64,000 nt of DNA. Origin: Macrostomum lignano (taxonomy: Eukaryota). The position numbers were made by a program, and so were the translations under genes. Positions 1-10,682 of the stretch are shown here, one piece after another (positions within the stretch are counted from its first letter, which is position 1; every line of letters starts with the position of its first letter). The DNA is taken from positions 1 through 64,000 of the forward strand of contig NIVC01001909.1 of assembly GCA_002269645.1 (NCBI GenBank), written 5' to 3'. The notes beneath the pieces are model-generated. The model saw only the letters and a list, made by a program, of their open reading frames with translations. It was not told where the DNA came from and ran no database searches.

Positions 1-1133
1 TTTACAGTCCATGGCGACTTTTCTCTTTCTTTAGCCTTTCTCTTTCTTTCTTTTGTCTGTCTGTTTGTTGCCCTTTTTCCTGCTCTGCTTGTTTCTCGCG
101 CCTCTGTTCTTAGCCCTCGGCCTCTGCTATGTGCTGTCTCTGTTTTGTTCCTATCTTGGCTTCCTCTGTCATATGAGCAAGTCACATGACAGATCTTGCA
201 TTCTTGGAGTCTTGAAGTGCAATAAACATGTTTACTGCACTTGCTAGTCCTGTTTACAAGGAGAATCACATGCCTAAGGCCCTTTCTTTCTCTAAGGAGA
301 GGAGTGACTCATGTTGCTAAAAATAGGTGGGATTCAAAGACTTACCCAGCCACCTTGAGACAACCCCAAGACAACCCTAAGCTTCAATATCATATTTTCA
401 TAGAATTCAATATAAAAAATTAGGCCTATAGTTAACCTAAAACTTTTGCCAACAATTTTTTACATGCCTATCACTTTTTAGGACATTAAAAATTATACAA
501 TAAAAAATTAGAAAAAGTGTCATCAAGGTTAACTTTTAGTAAGACATAGGTAAACAATTATTTAAGTATTTTTGAAAGGCCTATTTGTTTCTTTATCTGT
601 ACGCAAAACTCTATTTTTCTATGCCATTTTAAATCTGCACATTTCTAGGAAAAACTTTTTGTTTAAATATTAATATTTCTCAAAATTTTTGCTTTTTTGT
701 TTTAAACTAAATATTCTTTAAACTTTTTGTTTAAATAGGCTGTGTTTTGACTACTATTTTATTAGCTATCTCTCTGGTATGCTTTTTTAGCCACCTTAGC
801 TGTCATTTTGCTACATTTTTGTTTTAAATTTCAGCATATATAGATGCAATTTTGGACAAAGAGAAGACAACTCAACTTATTTTGAGCTTTGAATCAGCCT
901 TTAGCCTTTACTGGTTAGTTGCAAAAATCAATTGAGAGTTCTGAGTAAATATTTGTAAAGTGATTCCAACTTAGTACAAGAGATGTACAAAAGTTCTGGC
1001 AACTAACTCATAACTTTTTAAATAAACATTTAAATGCAACCATTTTTATCTCATAAATGTGAGTCTATTTTGTGTTTGTTTTTTGTTCCCTAGAGCATTT
1101 TGCCTAAGGTACAGTCTTATTTTCAGCCTTCAA

Positions 1134-2055
1134 ATAGAAAATAACATTGCTAATCAATGGAGATTTTATGTTTTCATATAATTCTAGCTCAGAGAAAACA
1201 CTACCAAAATTCATGCCAAGCTAGTCGAAGTTGTAACAAATCAGGCCCCTTTAAACCACACTGTTGCCAATTGGATTTAATTGATCAGTGCTAATTGACA
1301 TTCCATGACCCACAGCCCTTTTTCTAAGAGGTCAATAATATCTAAGACCAAGCAGAACATTACAGCTATGCAATAGCTAGTGGACAAAGATTGCAATATC
1401 ATTGTTGCTCTACTTAACCAGACAATTGGCATTTCTGATAGTAGTGTCTAAACTATCCTACATGACCATCTTGGCCTCCACAAGTTCATGGCCCATTGGG
1501 TGCCTTATTCACTATAGAGCAGAAGCAAGAGGTTTTATATAGCCAAGAATTTCTGCCATGCTTCAGCAAAAGTGGCACTTAGCAATTTACTAATGTTGTA
1601 ACTATTGACAAGAAGTGGTTTTACTACTTCCAAGTAGCCCAAAAAAACTAAAACAAGGTTTGGATTATTTTTAATAGACTATCCAACTGTTCTGTTCCCT
1701 GGGTTTTGCTCATAAAAGCAGATATTTATTTGTCTTTTTTAGTATCATGGGCCAGAGACAGTTGTTATGGTGCCAAATGGATAGAAAATTAATGCCATGA
1801 TCTATATTGGCAAGGTTTTGCTAAAAGTTGTGGCTTTAGTCATGGAAAAACAGCCAACCCACCTCCAAAATGGCAGAATTCTCTTATACCACAACAATAT
1901 CTCCAGCCATCCTGCGGCCATGACAATAAGCTTTTTGGCCAATAACAAGCTCAAGATGATTATGCATTCTCTATATAGTCCTGACTTGGCACCCCATAAC
2001 TTCTAGGTCTTTTTAAAGCTGACTGAACATATGGCTAGATACCATTTTCAGTGAT
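1134..2055 (+). pseudogene. Decayed mariner (Tc1/mariner DD34D) transposase
   Basis: Manual translation gives RFYVFI*F*LRENTTKIHAKLVEV (HTH region), WVPYSL (WVPHEL-like, 1497-1514), VTIDKKW (VTGDEKW-like), LYHNNISSH (HDNARPH-like) and YSPDLAPHNF (YSPDLAPxDY-like). There are 34 residues between the 2nd and 3rd catalytic positions. Several stops and at least two frameshifts. Confidence 0.9.
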
Positions 2056-2199
2056 AGTCTTAGTCTTGCAATAGTCTTAGTATTTGCAGTTGAGGGTTAT
2101 AAAAGACAAGGGACAGGGGAATAGCCCTATCATAACTTTGGTGATAATGGTATGATTATTAAAGTAGACGAGAAAAAAATCTTTGAAATTTTTTTCAAA

Positions 2200-2470
2200 C
2201 AGTTGCAGTATATAGTGCAAAGAAACTTTTTTGATAGTGAATAAATAGTTTTGGCACACGGTACAAGCAAAATTTTTTGATAATGAATAATAGTTCTGGC
2301 ACACAGTGCAAGCTAACTTTTGATAATGAATAATAGTTCTGGCACACAATGCAAGCAATTTTTTTTGATAATGAATAATTGTTCTGGCACATAGTGCAAG
2401 AAAATTTTTTTGATAGGATTTATTCTGGCACAGCGCATTCAAACTTTTTTGAGTATCAAAATTTGATAGG
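2200..2470. repeat. Degenerate ~40-bp tandem repeat (TTTTGATAATGAATAATAGTTCTGGCACACAGTGCAAG-like), probably transposon subterminal repeats
   Basis: About 6 diverged copies visible; the ORFs here are repeat translations. Confidence 0.6.
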
Positions 2471-2684
2471 ATTTATTCTAGTGCAGGCGTGCTTTGATCC
2501 TGACTAAAAGCCATAGTCCGGATCATGCTAGGTACACGCCTGAACAAAAATTGAAAAATTATAAATGCATGCCAAAAAAATGTAGTGCATGCCCATTTCA
2601 AAAATACGTCAATACTGCGACAATAAATGACCTTTTTTACATTGTGACAATAAAATACCTTTTTTAAATTGTGTAATGGGATAG

Positions 2685-4238
2685 CGACATTTGCCTGTGG
2701 GATGTTTGCCTGTGAGACGTTTGCCAGCTGACGTTTGCCAGCCGATGTTTGCCAGTGGGACATTTGCCAGCCAAAGTTTGCCTGCCAGACATTTGCCAGC
2801 CAACGTTTGCCTGCGGGACGTTTGCCAGCCGACATTTGCCAGCCAACATTTGCCAGCGGGACATTTGCCAGCCGGACGTTTGCCTGCGGGACGTTTGCTA
2901 GCTGACGTTTGCCAGCCGACATTTGCCTGCCAGAAGTTTGCCAGCCAAAATTTGCTAGCCAATATAAAGCCAGTCAATGAAAAATTTGATACTGAAATAT
3001 TCGCAGTTTAGAGGTTTGACAAAAACCGTTTTTACTCCAACTTTTTGACGGTTATTTGCATGTATACAAGTTTGAAAGCAAAATTATATAAATTATGCAG
3101 TTCATCAGTCTAACATCTAATATCTAGTTTAACAACGATTTTGGCACAACATATCAAAAGATGAACATTGGGTTTGCCTCGTATAAGCAATAACAATTGT
3201 TGTGCTGAAAAGATGAAAACTTCCTATCTCCCTATGGCCTTCAAAACATTTTTCATAGATTTCAAGTGCTGCATACTTCTACTTTAGTAGTCCTTGGCGT
3301 GACTAAGCTTTGCATATGTAGTGTCTAGCACTTGCTATCCTACTAGCTTGCTACTGGCGGCTTGTCTGGCTATTCAGCTATATAGCTTACTATAAAAACA
3401 TACCGCATTCGACTCGTCTACACATGTACATTGAGATTGCGGTTTCCTGGCTTACTTGAGTAGTAATACAATAGAATTGGAATCAATTTGCTTACTTTTG
3501 GATCTCCCGATGAACTGAGAAATATATGAGCCAGAATTAATGCTCAGCAGCTCTTTTTGTTTGCCTCATAGCTTAATCGCTGGAGATCCCATTGTAATCT
3601 GCGCGTCTTTTTTTGCACATCAAAAATCAAACATCTCAAACTTGGAAAAACGATACACAATTGTCAAAAGTAAACAATATTTTCACATTCAAAGAAAATT
3701 GTTGTTAAACTGGATATTAGATGTAAATCTTTTTTTAAATTGCATAAATTGCTTAATTTATATAGATTTTGCATAAATTGCATAATTTATATAGATTTTG
3801 CATAAATTGCATAATTTATATATTTTGCTTTCAAACTTGTATATATGCGAATAACTGTCAAAAAGTTGGAGTAAAAAAAATGGTTTTTGTCAAACAGCTA
3901 AACTGCGAATGTTTCAGTATCAAATTTTTTTTACTGACTGGCTTTATATTGGCTAGCAAATTTTGGCTGGCAAACTTCCGGCAGGCAAATGTTGGCTGGC
4001 AAATGTCCAGCAGGCAAACATCCCACTGGCAAACGTCGGCTGGCAAATGTCGGCTGGCAAATGTTGGCTGGCAAACATTGGCTAGCAAACATCCCGCAGG
4101 CAAACGTTGGCTGGCAAATGTCTGGCAGGCAAACTTTGGCTGGCAAATGTTGGCTGGCAAACATCAGCTGGCAAATGTCAGCTGGCAAGCGTCCCGTAGG
4201 CAAACATTGGCTAGCAAACGTCCTGCAGGCAAATGTCG
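2685..4238. mobile_element. Foldback-type element with ~420-bp terminal inverted repeats built of TTTGCCAGC/GCTGGCAAA subrepeats
   Basis: 2685-~3100 is the approximate reverse complement of ~3806-4238 (CGACATTTGCC...GGCAAATGTCG; AAAATTTGCTAGCCAATATAAAGCCAGTCA vs TGACTGGCTTTATATTGGCTAGCAAATTTT), with a ~700-bp unique spacer. Confidence 0.85.
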
Positions 4239-5010
4239 TGGACTCTTGTGTAATAGACCCTTATTACCAGATAATTTGGTTGCTTTTTATGCTTTTTCGG
4301 CAATACTATTTATAGCAGAAAATGTATACATGCAAAGATTTGTTTGAATGCTCTTTTACAAGCTTGAAAAAACCGGAAAGCTTGAAATTTTCATTTAAAA
4401 TGAACTTTTTTCATCTTTTTTCTACTTCACAATAACTCTTACACATGATTCTATAAAGTGCACATGCACACTAAGTATACACGCATACTATTTTCTACGC
4501 CAACTGTGCATGCCTAATTTTGGTGTGCAAGGCCAATGCATGCTTGAGTTTTTGGGCATATACTACATGATACAGAGTGTGGACTATAGGGCATTAGATA
4601 GTTTTTTATAGGGTCTATATCTTAGACAGACACTTATAGATTTAATCACATATTAGAAAAAGTCACACAAATCTTTTATTGGCTTTGCATTTTAAAATGA
4701 ATATGATAAAGTACCGGCAGCTTTACTTTTGTTTCTAGTTTAACACTTGTTTTTATTCTATTTAATTCATAATTACATTGCAAAGTTAAGCCTATTAATT
4801 GGCAAAAAACTATACTCCATTCAAATTTGCCTTTCATTTGTATATTGGCAATTCCTAGGCCTAACCCTTACTCAAGTCTAGCTAGGCATACTTTGATGTA
4901 GAAAAAAACATCTAAACATCTATAAACATCTTTCTTAGATCAATTGCTAAAAGTTAGTCATCTATTATTGCATTGATGTTAAAATATTTTTTATTCAATT
5001 TTTTACTCAC

Positions 5011-5134
5011 CAATAGTTGAAATAAATGTAGGAGAGAAGCTATCTTCAGCAAATCTAATTAATACACTGGTTTTTCCAACTCCACTGTCACCAATCAACA
5101 AAAGCTTGAAAAGATAATCATATGCTTTTGCCAT
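5011..5134 (-). CDS. Rab8/Rab10/Rab13-family small GTPase, first coding exon only
   Basis: Reverse strand reads [42 protein letters not shown] (P-loop GDSGVGKT, switch I FISTIG). It is followed by a GTGAGT donor at 5010 (124 nt, phase 1) and preceded by a pyrimidine-rich AG at 5150-5149. No convincing downstream exons found in 1-5010. Confidence 0.85.
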
Positions 5135-5299
5135 AGTTTAGCCACGCACTTGAAACAAAGTGCAGATAGCTTAAACTAAAAGGAACTGGATGACTTCCTA
5201 ATAGGCAAATACAGTGCAGATCGGCGAACTAATATAAACAAATGAATTTAAGCTCACTCAATTACTGAATACTGATTCAGTTTCGTTTCGACGTCTCGT

Positions 5300-5885
5300 A
5301 GGATGCCAGGTTGCGGATGGTATGCATGTACGCCGGAACTTTTCCGGCGTACAAAACGGCCACCCTAAGTCCTTGGCGTACACAATCGGCGTACACAACC
5401 CCTGGCGCACTTTGTTGGCGTACACTATTGGCGTACACAAGTAACACAGCCACGCATACTTTTTTGGCGTACAAATTTTGGTGAATAAATTCATGCCGTG
5501 CATGAAAATTGTAAAGTAAATTAACGTTTTTACGTAAAGTAAAGGAAAATTTATATCGTCAATGATAAACTTTTTGCTTATTTTAAGTTTAAAAAAATAA
5601 AATTAGTGTAAAATTTTGCTAAAAGTATTAATTTTTCATAATATTTTTTGTAGGTAGTATTTAAGTTTGTTTAAACTGAAAAAATTCGTAATATTTTAAA
5701 GACACTTTTCATACCAAAACATTTCCTAGAAAACTCTACTCGTGAAAACCGAATGACCTTTTTTAGGAATTTTTGGTGTACATTTTAGTGCAACTTTTTG
5801 TTTTTGGCGTACACTGGCGTACAAAGTTCTTGACGCCCGAATTTTTTCCGGCGTACACGGGTACATGATCCGCACACTGGGTAGG
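5300..5885. mobile_element. MITE-like element with GGCGTACAC subrepeats and imperfect TIRs
   Basis: GCGGAT...GTACGCCGGAA at ~5310-5340 is mirrored by TTCCGGCGTAC...ATCCGC at ~5846-5875. It has many GGCGTACA repeats and is CpG-rich within a CpG-poor region. Confidence 0.6.
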
Positions 5886-6629
5886 ATGTAGGCTAGTGTA
5901 CCACTGTTGTAGGCCTACCTTAATTAAGATTAAGGTATAGTACAGGTATAGGTCCTACTTATTGGCCTAACTAATAATCAAATACAAAAACAGTTGGCCT
6001 AACTATAAAAAGGAACAACTTGAGATTAAGACTAGGCCTAGGCACAGTTTTATTAAATAAAAAAAGTGCCTACTATCTAGTATAGTGCATGCAATCAAAA
6101 TTATACTCGTATGCAATCTTAGAAAGCTTGTTACAATAAATACATCTTTTATATATGAAAAAAGAGCCCTGTATAAGTAAATGTATATTTTTTATTCTTG
6201 GATAAAGTTGGTTTCTAATATTTTGATAAAACGAACTGCATGTTTAAAAATATACTTTCAAAGAAAAATAAACTCTTAACTTCGAGATGTGAGCGCACCA
6301 CACACACCACCACCAAGTATATGCTAAATGCACGACTATGTAGTTAAAATTGAATTGGTTGACTAGATTAGTTAATATGAGTAATAAGTAAATGGTAGTT
6401 GTTATTGTTACAATGACCATATAAATAGCGAAACGGTTATTTTACACTACAGCCAACACAGAAAACAAAACTTGCAGTGCAAATAATCCAATATACTAAA
6501 AATTAAGAGGCTGTCAGGCTGGTAAATTTAAAAAATAAAAAAATATGTAAATTAATACGTTGATACAATGGTAACTTCTATTGTTTATTGTCACCGACCT
6601 TTGTTTTTTTGGGCCATATAGGATTTTTT

Positions 6630-6930
6630 GGCCCCCTGAAAATCTCATTGGCAACTGGATTTTTGGCATCAGAGGCCAATCTGGCAACTTCATTTTCCCA
6701 ATGCCAGTTGCCAATTTCAAAAATTGTTTTTGTAAGTGTAACAAAAACAGAACAGTCTCATTCCCCGCAATTATACAGTTTAATGAGCCTTGGAAATATT
6801 CATCCTCAAGAATTTGGCTAGTTGCCAATGCGCAACCAAAAATAGCCAATGGCAACTGGATTTTGAGCCCAAGGGCCAGCTGGCAACTGGTTTTCCAACT
6901 TAAAAAAAACCCAGTCACCAACTCTAGTTA
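6630..6930. mobile_element. Probable transposon end fragment with GGCAACT/AGTTGCC subrepeats
   Basis: Repeated GGCAACT and AGTTGCC motifs in both orientations; no paired terminus or TSD found. Confidence 0.4.
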
Positions 6931-7197
6931 GCTTACTGCTTAGGCTACTTAATGTATTGTTAACTAGGCCTGCCTAATTAATGACAATGTGTTTTGTAAT
7001 ATTCTCCATGCCAGTAAAAACAGCAATCTTTCTTCTTACATATGGTGACTGTAAAAATAACAGTTGTGCTATTTATATAGTTACATAAAGTTATACCTTA
7101 AGCCAGATAGTAGGCCTATGAGCATATTTGTCTTGCAGCCTCTTGCTTGGCAAAAAGGTTTTATAAATATTGCATACTATAGCAACCATGCTTGGGT

Positions 7198-7358
7198 GCA
7201 GCCTAGGGATTCACCTAGCCATTTCTATTGGCAACACACACATGTAAGTCGCTATTGGATGGAAAAGTAGTCACGTGACTCAGTGACTGCTCTCAGCCAA
7301 TAGCACCTTACATGTGTGTTTTGCCAATAGAAACGGCCGAGTGATTCCCAAGGTTGCC
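7198..7358. mobile_element. ~160-bp hairpin MITE with central GTCACGTGAC palindrome
   Basis: The left arm GCAGCCTAGGGATTCACCTAGCCATTTCTATTGGCAACACACACATGTAA pairs with the right arm TTACATGTGTGTTTTGCCAATAGAAACGGCCGAGTGATTCCCAAGGTTGC. Confidence 0.75.
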
Positions 7359-7709
7359 TATGTATAATAGCAACTCTTTGTTTACTGCCAAACTTTAAAT
7401 TAATAGTAGGCTTAGATGTAAGGGCTAGGCCTAAGGCTGCTAAGGACTGAAAAAATAGAAATTTGATCTTTATTGTGTTTTATGATAAACTGTAATGATT
7501 ATAGTCATTACAGTGACTAGATATTTCAATGACAATTGTTTTAGTGACTAGAAAAACCTTCTTCATGACAACCATTGTAGTTTCAAGAAGAAAATTATCT
7601 TGTCAATTTTAAGTGATATGAAACCTAAAAATTCAAAGGTTTTTTACTACAGTAGTTAAAGTGTTGTTTCATTTTTAGGTTTATTTACTATCAATAGAGT
7701 TGCAATCTT

Positions 7710-8120
7710 GGCAATCCTTTGGTTTCCTGCTCTAAATTATTTAAACCCCTTTTTGAACTTTTCAGAGTCCAACAAGCTTATAGAGCTTTTGCAAGAGTTC
7801 ACAGAGTTCTACCTAAGATAGTAGGATGTAATCCAGTAGAAAATATTGCCAAAGTACTACTGGGAGAAAGCTTGGTGCCATATAAACTCTTGCAGGTATG
7901 TTTTGAACAAATTTTCACTGGTTCCAAACTTTGTATATAGCTCCAAACTTGGTTTTGCAGTTGCCCCACATTCCCTCTATAGTATTTGTGTTAACTGCTA
8001 GGTTGTTGATATCCCGGAAATGCAGCAAATGGTTGACCATTAGATGATTGGCCAAAGTGTTATAGGCAGCCCATTGGTCCAGGGTTTAAATAATTTAGAA
8101 TAGGAAACTGAAGGATTGCC
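7710..8120 (-). mobile_element. Internally deleted Merlin (IS1016/ISXO2-like DDE) DNA transposon
   Basis: 39-bp TIRs (GGCAATCCTTTGGTTTCCTGCTCTAAATTATTTAAACCC / GGGTTTAAATAATTTAGAATAGGAAACTGAAGGATTGCC) and an 8-bp TSD with one mismatch (GCAATCTT/ACAATCTT). The minus-strand remnant reads DQWAAYNTL..HLMVNH...NTNTIEGMWGNCK...YLQEFIW, matching IS1016-type motifs. Confidence 0.85.
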
Positions 8121-9487
8121 ACAATCTTTTGTTATGGGCCTATATTTGTACATTTTTCTTTTTTGATAAATATTTCTCCACCATGTTTTTCTCAATGAGC
8201 ATTTCATAAGAAGGATCCTATATGTTTGATTGGATCCTCTATCCTCATTCCTCTATGATCAAAAGTTACTAGTAATCAAAAGCTTCTAGCAGTCAAGTCA
8301 TTGGCAAACAAAAGTTGCTAGCAAACAAAAGTTATCAGTAGACAAAAGTCTGGCAGCAAAAGTCCTGAAGTCAAATTGTGGCAATCAAAGGTTGGTAGCA
8401 ACCTTTCATTACCTTTCATTACCTTCTTTACCCCTTTATTTTATCATTTTTACCACCAATCTATCATTTTTACCTTCACTTTATCCTCTTTATCCTCATT
8501 CTACCCTGATCTCTCTTGTTGATTTAATTAGGAGCTGCAATGATATTTTAAGTTTTTTTTTCAATTCTTAATTATCAAGTAGCCAATATTATTTAATATA
8601 AGAACTATATATTATAAATGTGTAATATAAATATATTAAATATGTAAGTATATGATAAATATCTATTATATGCATTTTATGTAAGGTTTTTCAATTTTGA
8701 TAGGGGCCTATAGTTTTTTCCATCTTCAGTATTTGTATTGCACTCTTATACTTGTACATTGTTTTAATGTTTTTATGTCTTGTATCATGTTTTTAGGGAA
8801 TTTTTGTAGCCAATGTTTTTCAAACTTATTCTAATAAAGCACAGTAGTTATCCACCAAGGACCTCAGTGTTTATTATGATTCTGCACCAAGTGTCAAAAT
8901 TTTCCATGACATATGCCACCTTCTTGACTATATGGTCATAGCCTAGGCTAGGTGCCTATTGATGTTTTTGCAATTGCAGTCAGATGATCCTAAAACTTAA
9001 AATCATATTAAAATATGAGTTATAGTTATAGTAAGATCATAGATGAAATTGTATATCCCTTTTTTATATAAGAAAAAGCCAGACTTTTGCTTTCTTCTCA
9101 AAGTCCAACATCTATTATCAAAGCTTAAACTATATATTGCCTTTTGTTTTTAGCTTGACGCTATGAAAGGGTCTTGAAGTCTAATTAATAATATCTTGTC
9201 CCAATCAATAGTAAGTAAAATAAGCCTAGATCATTTGCTATGAGACAGAGTTGTCTTAACACTAATTGTGGGGCTGCGTGGGGCATTGTTAGAAAGTGTT
9301 TCACTAGGGTGCCCACAGCCCTCATTGGATATACATTTGTACCATTTTAAGATAATTATGTGTGCATAATAGCTAATAATAGCTATTTTGTAATCCTAAG
9401 AGTTCAATCCTTAAGTACGTTAAAAATTTGCATAATTGCATGAGTATCGATTGATATACTATATACAGTGCGATAAGCAACTTATAA

Positions 9488-9757
9488 ATGGCAAGCACAA
9501 ACACAAACGATCGTGCAGCAATGGACGAGTTTCTTTCCTCAGCTCGGTCTGGCAGACGCTTCGCCATTGTTGGCCCAGGCGGCAGCAATGGCTTTGGCAG
9601 TAACAGCGCCATTGTTGTGGAGTCTGGCAGTAGGAATTCCGACGGTAGTGGATGCGCTGGTGGCGGCAGCGGGGGTCCAGTCTTTTTTAAGGAGGTGTCA
9701 AGTAGAATGGCTAATTTGTCATCTGCCACTAGTCAGAGACGCCAGTCAAAGACCTAA
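9488..9757 (+). CDS. cAMP-dependent protein kinase inhibitor (PKI)-like small protein
   Basis: 89-aa ORF. AAMDEFLSSARSGRRFAIV matches the PKI inhibitory segment pattern (F-x-x-S-x-R-x-G-R-R-x-A-I), followed by a Gly/Ser-rich linker. Possible splice acceptor CAG at 9466-9468. Confidence 0.7.
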   Translation: MASTNTNDRAAMDEFLSSARSGRRFAIVGPGGSNGFGSNSAIVVESGSRNSDGSGCAGGGSGGPVFFKEVSSRMANLSSATSQRRQSKT

Positions 9758-10682
9758 GAGGCTCTTCGTTCCTGTGTTCCTCTGGTGCCTAAATGAGCTG
9801 TGAAAAAATCTTTGTGTAACACCTTAATTACACTGGAAACAGTTAATCTTGTTGATTATTTGATTAGAAAGGTAGAGTACTGATCTATGTGTCATGTGTG
9901 TGAAATCAATATTTTACTTGCTGTACATGAGTGCTTTTCCCGCACGCTCAATCGATAATGACATTTCTAAGAAAATCCTTGACTATAATCGATATCGGAT
10001 GTACATTGCTAGGGATTCCCCATCCACTCAATCGATATTGGATGTACATTATTCGAGATTTCCCACCCGCTCAAACGATATCACATATAGATAAGTAAGA
10101 AGAAATAAGAAGAGAGATTTCCTTAACTGTTAAAACGATTTTTGGATGCGCATAATAAAAGAATTTTCCATATTGCACCTAAAACTCCGACAGAACTTGA
10201 GAATTAGTCTGTATTGTATAGATTTTAAGCCCAAGCTTTGCCTATAACCGTGACGTGTTGTGAGTAATCGTTTAACTAGGCTGTGTTTTGTGATTGCCAT
10301 TTATCAGCTTTCTCTCTGTCGTGCTTTTTTAGCGACCTTAGCTGTCGTCTTGCTACATTTTTAAAAGTTTTTTTTCTACAGCTCAAAATTTTTACAATCG
10401 TCTCAAATTCAGCTTAGTATATCATATGTAATATACTTCATTATATGGTTTAACTTCTTTGTTTGCTTGAAAAAAATACATATTGTTCATTTTAATGTTT
10501 CAATACTGTATTAGTATGTTTTTTAATCAAGTTTTACTTATTTTTTCAACACTTATATTTAGAATAATTTTAAATAGATAGTTTTGCCAGAGAAGTAATA
10601 GAAAAATAGTTCTTTACCTTTTATTCTCTGGTAGTTTATGATGGAGTCTTGGAAAAGTCTATACGCGATTTTTAGAGTAGCT

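Noticed and set aside
1-330. Possible LTR remnant (AATAAA at ~221, CT-rich)
   Set aside because: No paired LTR, primer-binding site or retroelement coding sequence could be identified.
4872-4946. Candidate functional Rab exon 2
   Set aside because: In-frame TAG after 11 codons and no donor giving the expected KLQIW junction; at most a poison or decayed exon.
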